Made by a program: the position numbers and the translations under genes. Below, one piece after another: positions 54,767 to 64,000 of a stretch of DNA of 64,000 nucleotides (position 1 is the stretch's first letter; the number at the start of each line of letters is the position of its first letter). Below the pieces are notes generated by a model. That model searched no databases and was not told the DNA's origin. It was given only the letters and a program-made list of their open reading frames with translations. The stretch is from the human T2T-CHM13v2.0 reference genome, Homo sapiens, in NCBI RefSeq assembly GCF_009914755.1, contig NC_060944.1, one strand, 5' to 3'.

Positions 54767-55589
54767 GTCAGGCTGGACTGGGGGGGGTGGCACTGCGTTG
54801 GGGGACAGCTCTCTATCTAAAGAGTCAAGTGTTTGGAGCTGGCAGGGTCCTCCTGGAGGTTGGAGCTGACTGGATGGGTCACCCCCATACCCTTTCTGGG
54901 CCAGGAGAAGGTATTTGGGACCCATGGGACCCTCATTTTGAACTGCAGTTTGAATCTCCCCAACCACTGCCAGTTCAGAGAATGCCAGTCCAGCTGCCTA
55001 CCCACAGGGCCCTACTTTATGGCAATAAAGGTGATGCCCCACTTGTGTCCATGCCACAGATATGGGAGTTCCTCCAAACCCTCGTCATGTACCATTTGGA
55101 CATACATCCGATGCCAGGCCCCAAGGGGCGATCCCTTGAAAAGCTACTAAATCTCATGTGAAAGTCACCAGGAGGAGGAGCCCTGTGCCTAGCCATGTGC
55201 TCAGGTCATTGTTGACTATGAGTGCCTCAGTTTCCCCTTCTGTAAAAAGTGGGGTCAGGCACAATCCCGGGCCTGCTCACTGCTCCCTCCCCCTTACAAG
55301 AGCTATGGAGCAAAGGGAGGTGGAGATATTTCTTGAACACACAAAGGGAAGGGCAGCTTATTTTTTGGAAGTCACCACTCAAGGGCCTCAAGCCCTGGCT
55401 ATCAGCACTGTTCGAGCTTGTGTATACACGTGTCCACACAAACGCGTGGGTGTTCACGTACCTGCCTACTCACGTATGTCCTCGGGCCAGGCCCTGCCCT
55501 GTGAACCTGTGAGCACAGCCTTCCACGCCTAGCCCAGCCCTGAATGATATCCCACCACAGTTGTGATGGGCCAGCAACTAAAGCAACAG

Positions 55590-55820
55590 CAGCCCCTAGT
55601 ATGAAGCACCCAGTGTATGCCAGACATTATTCTGGGTGCTGGAAACAGAATAAAACAGACAAAAATCCCTGCCTTCGTTCTCACTGGTCACAGTGATGTA
55701 TGAAGGGCAGCTCTATTGTTATGATGGTTTACAGATGAGGAAACAGGCCCAGAGAGGTCAAGGGGCACAGCTACAAAGTGGGAGCCAGGATTTGAACCCA
55801 AGCCCCTAGCTCTATAACCC
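55590..55820. mobile_element. MIR/L2 remnants (similar MIR cores at ~12850, 13450, 27470, 30680, 48530, 58550)
   Basis: tttacagatgaggaaacaggcccagagagg...ggatttgaaccc MIR core. Confidence 0.65.
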
Positions 55821-55905
55821 TGAGTCAAGACTGTGGAGGATCCCACAGCACAGCAGATGCCCACTGCCTCACAGTGGATCCCCCACCATCAGCCACTCCA
55901 CTCAC

Positions 55906-56003
55906 CAGCTTGGTGGCATCCATGGCAGCGAGCACTGCACGGTTCAGCGATTCCAATGCAGCCAGCACCGGCCGGTAGACACCCAGGTGCTCTGAGAAGT
56001 AGT
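55906..56003 (-). CDS. NECAB3: NECAB3 exon 5
   Basis: 98 nt; (D)[32 protein letters not shown]. Confidence 0.95.
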
Positions 56004-56217
56004 CTGCAGGCAGAAGAGGTGCTCAAGGGTTCCTGGACCCCCACCCATCTACCCACCCTGGGATTCTGGCCCCCTGGAATTCCTCAGCAGCCAAGCAGGC
56101 CTTATATCCTGAGCCCAGCCCAACCTGTCCCATCAGGAGACCAGCAACAGTCCCTTGCCACACGTACCCTGGGGCCCAGGGGCCACAGGAGAAAAGAGCT
56201 CCCATGGGCCTACTCAC

Positions 56218-56243
56218 CACACAGTTTTTCTGTTTCTAAATTG
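56218..56243 (-). CDS. NECAB3: NECAB3 exon 4 (26-nt microexon)
   Basis: ctgcag|C AAT TTA GAA ACA GAA AAA CTG TGT G|gtgagt = (D)NLETEKLC; phases match flanking exons. Confidence 0.92.
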
Positions 56244-57214
56244 CTGCAGGGAAAAGAGAAGGCGCCCTTCAGACCTGGGCCTGGTAAACTGGGACTAATG
56301 GGGCCAATGCCCCACATCCCACCCCACCAACTCCCAGCTTAGCCTAACAAGGCCACTTCTGCTCCACCCCAGATTAAGTTGCTCCTGTGGACAGAGTCCT
56401 TGCAGGGTTGGAGAATGGGTTCTACTGCCCCCACCAATCACTCTAAGGGCAAAGATTCAGACCCATTCTTGGCTACCAAGAGGATCTCAGGCCAGGGGAA
56501 GATGGATGTGGACACAGGCCAGTGAGAAGTGGTCAGAGCTGCGAAGGGGAAGCCAGGTGCAAGGCAATGAAGTCCAGGGACGGCATGGGGTATTTAGTTG
56601 TAGGTTAGGGAGGGTTTCCTAGAGGAAGAGCTGCCTAAGTGAGGCCCTGAAGGACAAGGAACTGGGTGGGGAGTCTGGCCAGGAGGGGAGGGGAAGCACT
56701 GCAGATGAAGGTTCCAGCCCAAGTCTCAGGAGCCTGAGACTGACCCTCAGGAAAGGGGAGAAGGGAAGTAGAGGGAGTAACAGCGGTTCATGCGTGTGCA
56801 CCCCTGGGAGCAGGCACGGGAAGGAGCGTGCACACTCCTGCCAAGACGCGTAGATGTGGGAGCACACAAGGGGTAGATGGTTGCGTGTTTATGCACTGCA
56901 TTCTCGGGTGGAAGCAGGCGGGGCCCAGCTGTCCCCAGGCATCCTCTGGTCCCTGTGGGAAGCGGGAATGGGGAGCTGAGCCATGGGTGGTGACTCAGAC
57001 TTGGCTATTTTGGGGTCCCAGCTGGAAGCAGTGTAGTGGGCAAGGCTGTAGCTGGAGAGGGGGTAGGCAGGCGGGTAAAGTTGGAACTGAGCCCTGGTAC
57101 CTTTCTCCCTGCCCCCTCTTCCTCATCCTACAAAAGGAACCAAGGCAGCAGGGGACACAGTGGGGTAAAGACAACCTGGCCTCGCATCTACCCACGGCCC
57201 CCTCTCATACTCAC

Positions 57215-57323
57215 TCGGTGAGATGCCCATCAATGCCGCTGAACAGTTCCTGCAGCTCCCCCAGGCTGAGAACCCCATCGGCAAAGTAATTCTGGAATTC
57301 CTCAAATGAGAGCTTCCCATCAT
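57215..57323 (-). CDS. NECAB3: NECAB3 exon 3 (EF-hand)
   Basis: 109 nt; (D)[35 protein letters not shown]. Confidence 0.95.
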
Positions 57324-58928
57324 CTGGGGTGGCAGGGGGAGGACAGGGAGCAGAGGAGGTATCCCTGACCCTGACTGCACCCCTGCCACCAGGTCCAGGG
57401 TCCCAAAGGCCTCATAGCATCTGACAACCATCTAGCTAGGTGAGATGGGAGTCTGAGGTCAGTGGGGGGCCTGACTGTTGGGGACAAAAGGACTGGGGTC
57501 CTTGAAGGTGTCCAGTGAAGGCAACAGAACCTACTTTGCAGGCACCAAAGGGACAGGGCAGTATGTACATAGCGTTGGGTAGGAACTCAGTAAATGTTTG
57601 CCAAGTGAAAAAACAAGCAACAGGCTGGGACACGGCCACATTGTGGCAGGGCCTAGATGTCACCTGGAAGGACTTGGGGACCAGCCTCACTGCAGGGCAC
57701 AAGGAACCTCCATTCTCTGGACCCAGGACCTTCACAGAGAAGCCACGGGGAGGCAGATGGAATCCTCCTACTAGTTGGAGCCTCTGTAGGCAGCAGCAGG
57801 CTGGCTCAGAAGGGAATGAGCTCCCCATCACAGGGGCATGTAAGCAGAGGCTGGGAGTACTTATGTGGGACAAAGACATGGGATTTGGCCTGAATGATGT
57901 GTGAGGTCTCTGAGCAGATGGGTGCGGGGAGCTGACCCGGGGGAGGATCTGAACCTCCCCAGACAGAACTCCCTGGTCCAAGTGAGAGCATGTGTCCTGA
58001 TCAATGGGTTGGGACAAACAATCCCCATCAATTTGAAGAGACCCAAGGAGAAGGGGCAAAGAGTGGGGACAGGACCCCGTCTCTAGGAGGATGAAACACA
58101 AGAGGGCGTGAAGACCCAGATGAAAGGAGCCCCAGGCTGACTGCGAAGCTCAGACCCTCCACGGGCCACACAGGGCACAGTGGGCTGCTCCAAGTCATCT
58201 AGGGGGAGCAGCCTGTTGCTGGATGGGTCCCCTAGGGCTCCTGCTTTAGCTTCCAAGTTTCTCCCAGACCAGGGTCTGAGACTGCCCAGGACCCAAGGCA
58301 GGAGGAGCCGACTCCTTTGGCACTGGACCCAGCTTTATCCTTGCCCAAGGCGTGGGTTTAGTTGTGTCCTCCAAGACCTCCCTGGTCCAGATGGTTGGTC
58401 ACATGACAAGTTACTGAGCCCTCTAAAAACCTGAGTAAAATCTCCAAAAAGGCCTCATCTCCATTACCTCACTCTTCCAAGTGCCTCACACAAGGAGCCT
58501 GGGATTAAATGCTGCAAAGACCCAAGTTCGAGCCTATCAATTAAAGGCTGTGTGACCTTAGGCAACTTGCTTCACCTCTCTGGCCCTCTGCTCCTTTATG
58601 AAATAGGGTGAATTCCAATCTAGCTGGTGGTTGTGAGGACAACAGAGGGCCACGTACAGGAAGTGCCCATCACCATGCCAGGGTGCTGTGTGAAAGTCAG
58701 CCCCTATCTCCAGTCCGTGGCCAAACCACATTCTCTCCACTCTCCATCCTGCCAAACTTGGCTGAGAACAGCACTTCCTCTGGGAAGTGCCTTGATTGAT
58801 TCTCCTGTTTTGGGCCCCCAAGATTTGTCTCAACTCTTGACTTCCCACCCAACCTCCCAACTCTCCCTGGGCCTCCTGGATGCCTCCCACCCTGCCCCAC
58901 TGTGGGACCCAGGGGAAGCCACACTCAC

Positions 58929-58953
58929 CATTCTTGTCTGCTCTGCGGAAAAC
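58929..58953 (-). CDS. NECAB3: NECAB3 exon 2 (25-nt microexon)
   Basis: ctctag|GTT TTC CGC AGA GCA GAC AAG AAT G|gtgagt = VFRRADKN; supplies the start of EF loop [12 protein letters not shown]. Confidence 0.93.
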
Positions 58954-60659
58954 CTAGAGGACAAAGGGACATAGAGAGAACTGTGAGTGCCACCTGGGAA
59001 GCCAGAGGCCCCCACTCAACCCGACAGGGTCCCAGCTGGCCGACCTACCCCCTGCCTCGCCTTTCCTCCCGCCCAGCCTGGTCCCAAACCACCTGCCCAG
59101 CTCAGCCCTGCAGGAGCTTTTCCTGCAAGCGGGGCACAGGAAGAGCACGCAGCGGGTGCCACCTCTGCTCACTTCTCCTGCAGGGCCTGGCCTCGTGGGG
59201 GGTGCTCCTGGCCAGTCCCCTGCGTCCCCACCTCCCACACCCAGAGTGCAGCCCAAGTTCTATCTGATACATCAGCCCCTGGCACAGTTCCAGCTTGAGG
59301 AAGGTTGAGGAGATGGGCCAGGTTGTGGCCCAGGAATCTTGCACAGCCGTCCTAGACCTGAGCCCCGAGCTCTGCTGTGTGGCCATGGTCTACCCCAGCT
59401 GCCCTCTCTGAGCTGTTTCCTTGCGTGCTGTTGAAAACCAACAGCAGGCAGTGGCTACTCTGTCTCTGCAGGCGCCTGAGTTACCCACTAGCAAATAGAT
59501 CAGGAGCAGCTGGGGTTAACTCTTTCAGGGCTGGGGCTTCCTATGGGGCTGACTCTGAGGACCTTCGGCAGGCGTGTGTGTACACACACACGTCCAAGGG
59601 GGAGTGGGGGTGGCAGAAGGCAAGTTCGGCAGATTTCATTTATGGAGAAGTGGAGATGAAGAGCAACAGAGGCAGAGAGGAGCAGAGTCAAGACAGGTCC
59701 CCGTCTCTCTTAGTGACCTGCTCCCAGGTCACCCAAAGCAGCCCAGCAAAGGGGAGACTGGCAGGCCTGGCAAGCAGGGGTGGGCCAAGCCTGGGCCGAG
59801 AGCCCCCATGAACTCCAGGTCCTGAACGCCAGCCCCCTCCAGGGTCCTGTTTTGTCAGGGTCAGTGGGGCTCAGGAAAGACTCTAACCTCTAGCCTAACT
59901 CAGAGAAGGTCTGCCACTGGCTGAGGGGCACGCAGCAAGCCAGGGAGGCCCAGGTAGGGTAGATGGAGATCTTGGGAGTGGGCAGGGGTGCTAAGCTGGG
60001 AATGGGGACATCTGGGGTCACCCTATTGTATCCCTGCCTCCATGACTGACCTGAGACATATCCCCTCAGGCCTTGGTTTTCCTACTTGGGAAGAAGGAGG
60101 GTCAGGTCCCTTCCAGCCAGGGCTGTGGTCAAGGTGCTGAGTCACTAGGGGCAGTGGGGAGGGGGTGGGAGACAGCTTTGCCTCCCTCTGGAGTTGGGGC
60201 ATGAGGGGGCCAGGACAGAGCCGAGCACAGCGGTGAACGGTGGAGAAAGGGCTCAGGGCCGTGGCTGGTGCCCATGGTGGCCGCAGGGCCACCCATGGCC
60301 CCATGGGAGGGTGACTCTGAGCAGCCCTTACCAACTGTAGGACTCTGCTGCCCTGGAGTGGGGCCTGAAGAACTCTGGGGGCGGCACTAGAGTCAGGAGT
60401 GAGGGGCCCTTGCGTTTCCAGGCTCCCCTTCCCCAGTCAGCCCAGCCTGGAGCTGCCACAGAGTGGGGTGACCGCTGCTGTGATTGTCGCCAGCCCCCCG
60501 CCAACACCAGACACACAAATGGGGTGGGCTGAGGGGTGGGAGGCAGCAGGGGCAGTGACACTGGAGCAGGGACAAGAGGAGACATGGAGAGACAGAACAG
60601 GTCACACAAGGGCAGAAAGGTCAAGAGAAAACAGCAGGGCCAGAGAGAGGGGAAGAGAC

Positions 60660-61200
60660 CCAGAAACAGCGGCGGGGCCCGAACAACCCCGGAGGGTGAG
60701 ACTAACAGAGACTCGGGTAGGGAGACACCGCGAGCAGAGCCCGCGCCCACTCACGTCCTGGAAGAGCGTGTGTCCGGCGGGCCCCGGGTCGGGCGCGAGC
60801 TGGGGGTGCCGCGGGGTCTGGGGCTGGGGCTGGGGCGCGGGCGGCCGGAGCAGGCACACGGTGAGCAGCCCCGCGCACGCCATGGCGCCGCCACCCGCTC
60901 GGGCTCGGCTGCGGTTGCTGCCGACCCTGGACGCCGCGGCGGACTCGGTGTGGCTAGAGGCCGCCCCTTGGCGCCGGCGCCGACGCGCGGGCTCAGGCCC
61001 CGCCCCCGCCCCGCCCCCGCGGACGCCGGGTTCCCTCGCCTCAAGGTCCAACTCCAGCGCCGCGGGCCTCCGCGCTTCCGCGGCCACGGCGGAGGGGGAG
61101 GCGCCCGAGGGCTCCGGTCCCGCGACGGCCTGTCGGGAGCAGAACCTAGGGGCTGCGGGCCTACCCAGAGGGACAGGATGACCAAGCCAGTGCCGAGGTC
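60660..61200 (-). promoter_or_regulatory. NECAB3 CpG-island promoter with tandem GC boxes
   Basis: CpG-dense; ccccgcccccgccccgcccccgc at ~60997-61020 upstream of exon 1. Confidence 0.8.
60755..60883 (-). CDS. NECAB3: NECAB3 exon 1
   Basis: gccATGG; [43 protein letters not shown]|gtgagt; 129 nt. Confidence 0.95.
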
Positions 61201-62209
61201 AGGGTGACACAAGTGGGTAAAACCCACCAGGACTTCACCTTTTGGGGCGTCTGTATCCTCATCTACAAAAATGGTACTGGCAGACACCCTATGCAATTGT
61301 TGGGACTCATTCAATGTCAAGTGCTTACAACGGGGGCTGGCGCAGAGGAAGCCCACAGGTCCGTGCGGCCGAATCCCAGGCATCCCGACGCCCGCCCTCT
61401 CTGGCACTAAGCGCAGCCCTTTCCCCTCCCCTCCGTGACTCTGGCCCTCCCTTCAACCCGTTCTCCACACAGCAGCCGGGGGGAGCTTTTAAGATGCGAA
61501 AGAGGAGGTGTCACTTCGGTCTCCAGTGACTCCTTGGCCCCTGAATAAAGCTTAAGACTGAACGCCCCACTCCAGGAGCACCACTCTGACCCTCACCTCA
61601 GGACCGCAGCCACACTGCTTTCTCTCCGGTCCTCTATCCCGCTCCCTCCTGCCCAAGGCCTTTGCCCATCGTGTCCTCTGCTTGGTGTTTTCTTCCTCTG
61701 GTTAACTCCTACTTATTTTACAGCGCTCAGCTTAAGCACCACCCATTCCAGAACGCCTTTCCCGATTTTCTCATTTATGCAGATCTCCTCTTTCAGACCC
61801 TGAGAGCACCATGAAAGGAGGTAACACCCGTGTCCCCAGAACTGTTAAATACCTGACACAGAACCAGCCCACTGTATTTGTTACATGTTTACTAATGTCC
61901 AGAAACGTCTGGAAGGAAGACAGCAAACTGAGCAGAGTGGCCTCTGGGGCTGGGGAAAGGAGAGGCCACTCATTACTCTGCACTTCGGGCAGCACTGAAT
62001 AGCATTCTTGGCTTTCTACAACAAAAACCTTTACTGGATCTGCTTTTGAGTTAGGACCAAAACAGCGAGGAAGCTGACCTTTCTTCGAGTTATGAGGCTC
62101 AAATCAAATCGGGCACGGACAGGGAGAAGGGAAGTGGAGAATGGGCATTTCCCCAGCAACCTTGGCCTCTCCCGCCCCGAAATGTTCCCAACAGAGTCCC
62201 AAAACCCGG

Positions 62210-63262
62210 CCCAAACGTCATCAAAATATTTATTAAAACCAAAGCAGGAGGGAACAGAGCTGTTAGGAAGCAAATCAAAGTGCAGATTGGAGGGTGGGGC
62301 AGAGCAGTGGGGAGGCAGGCGCTTCAGACACTGCAGGAGGGACCACAGGGTCTGGGCTGGGGGAGGCCTTCACCACCCCTCCTGCCCACATCAGTGAAGG
62401 TCCCCCACTCACCTCTCCCATCTCATATCCATCCTGGGGGGCAGCTGGGGCCCTGAACTGGCCCCCTGGAGAGGGCCCACCCCACCATCTGACCACCCAT
62501 GGCTGTCAGTCAGTCTGTCTCCCTCCCTCACTTTCCCAATAAATAAATCACCCAGGCCTCAGTTCCTTCAGTATGGGGCAGAAGAACAGCTCAGGGACCC
62601 CTGCCCTTGCTCAAGGGTAGAGGGAGTTGGGGTATCAACCCCACACCCCTCCTCCCCTTTGCTGATTCCCCAGGCTCACCAAAGAGGCCTCGATAAATAA
62701 ATAACGCTCCATTAAAGCTTCAATCAGAAAAAACCTTTAAGACAGAAGTGCTCTCACCGTCCTACACGCCCAGCCAGCCAAAGCCTCCCCACCTGGCCTG
62801 GTCAGAGCACCAGATTCTGGGAGCAGGCACTGCCCTGGGCCTTGTGGGACCCCCAGAGCAAAAGGGCCGAAAGTGCAGTTAGAGCCCCCCCACGCGCACA
62901 CATGGACTCATGCACACACATGTGGACACACTGGGGCGTGTCTGCAGTGCACACACAGAGGTGTATGTTCACCTTCATTCCCCGGTACATGCACACACAC
63001 ATGCTCACACACATTCACCCCCGGTACACACGTGTGGGTGTAGGCTGCATGCACATACACACCACACAGACTCCTTCCCTTCCTGGCTTGCTCAGCCTCC
63101 TAGCGGTAGCCAGACCCCAGAGCTAGAAGCTTCTGGAGACAGAGGAGAGGGGTATAAATTAAATGTTTCCAAACAGGCTGGGAGGACGGCCAGGGACAGG
63201 GGGCTCCAGGGCTGCAGAGACAAGGTGAGCATCTCTGGAAACCCTGGTCCCTCCAAGCCCTG
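62210..63262 (-). other. E2F1: E2F1 3'UTR (end approximate)
   Basis: Between stop and AATAAA; contains GCACTTT miR-17-family sites at 62277-62283 and 62870-62876. Confidence 0.85.
62229..62234 (-). terminator. E2F1 polyadenylation signal
   Basis: TTTATT on +, ~1.03 kb past the E2F1 stop. Confidence 0.8.
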
Positions 63263-63510
63263 TCAGAAATCCAGGGGGGTGAGGTCCCCAAAGTCACAGT
63301 CGAAGAGGTCTCTGATGCCCTCGCCCTCCTCGAGGCCGAAGTGGTAGTCGAGGGCCTCGTGGGGTGGGGAAAGGCTGATGAACTCCTCAGGGAGGAGGCC
63401 GGAGAAGTCCTCCCGCACATGCTCCAGGAGCGAGTCGGCCGCCACCAGCGGGGACAGGCGGTCCTCGTCCACGGGAGCCCGCAGGCTGCCCATCCGGGAC
63501 AACAGCGGTT
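63263..63510 (-). CDS. E2F1: E2F1 last exon (transactivation / RB-binding domain)
   Basis: cag|AA CCG; (E)PLLSRMGSL...LDYHFGLEEGEGIRDLFDCDFGDLTPLDF*. Confidence 0.98.
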
Positions 63511-63635
63511 CTGGGGAGACGGGGAGCATCACAGGCCGGGGATGCCCCAGCAGGGAGGAAGGCAGGGGCTGTCGTGCCTGCCCACCCCCCAGAAGAGGGG
63601 CCCTGCCCCACCCCACCCACCTACCCATCACCCAC

Positions 63636-63861
63636 CTTGCTCCAGGCTGAGTAGAGACTGGCTGGGATCTGTGGTGAGGGATGAGGGGGGAGATGATGGT
63701 GGTGGTGACACTATGGTGGCAGAGTCAGTGGCCCTGTTCTCCTCCTCAGAAGTGACCTCCTGGGATGGGGTCTTCCCAGGGCTGATCCCACCTACGGTCT
63801 CCTCAGGGCACAGGAAAACATCGATCGGGCCTTGTTTGCTCTTAAGGGAGATCTGAAAGTT
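63636..63861 (-). CDS. E2F1: E2F1 penultimate exon (marked-box end)
   Basis: 226 nt; NFQISLKSKQGPIDVFLCPEE...SQSLLSLEQ. Confidence 0.97.
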
Positions 63862-63956
63862 CTGGGTGGAAGCAGCAGGCAGGGTAAACTGAGGCCCAGG
63901 TGACCACCAGCCCAGCCCAGCCCAGCCCAGTTGGGCCCGGAGTTCCCAGATCTCAC

Positions 63957-64000
63957 CTCCGAAGAGTCCACGGCTTGGAGCTGGGTCTCAGGAGGGGCTT
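63957..64000 (-). CDS. E2F1: E2F1 exon (partial, runs off the window)
   Basis: (K)APPETQLQAVDSSE|gtgag. Confidence 0.95.

Noticed and set aside
60399-61407. Several 160-260 aa ORFs over the NECAB3 promoter
   Set aside because: Stop-codon depletion in a CpG island; only the MACAGLL...FQD segment has a Kozak ATG and a splice donor.

Overview
Human-type genomic DNA, Alu-rich, recognisable as the 20q11.2 cluster CBFA2T2 - NECAB3 - C20orf144 - ACTL10 - E2F1. The + strand carries the last 8 coding exons of CBFA2T2/MTGR1 (NHR1-NHR4/MYND; 455 codons plus stop here) and its ~5.4 kb 3'UTR. The - strand carries the complete NECAB3 gene (12 coding exons summing to 1191 nt = 396 aa, with a 102-nt in-frame optional intron) and the 3' end of E2F1. 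C20orf144 (2 exons, 153 aa) and intronless ACTL10 lie antisense inside NECAB3 intron 5. All exon boundaries were checked by hand for GT/AG and phase. Most striking observation: the ACTL10 frame encodes a full actin fold, but its first ATG (54029) lies ~115 codons downstream of the actin phosphate-1 loop. A GTG in a near-perfect start context (GAAG-GTG-GCG, 53615), within a 635-nt ATG-free stretch, would give a 383-aa actin-like protein. This points to non-AUG initiation or a lost start codon. Repeat coordinates are approximate and repeat subfamily names were assigned by eye.
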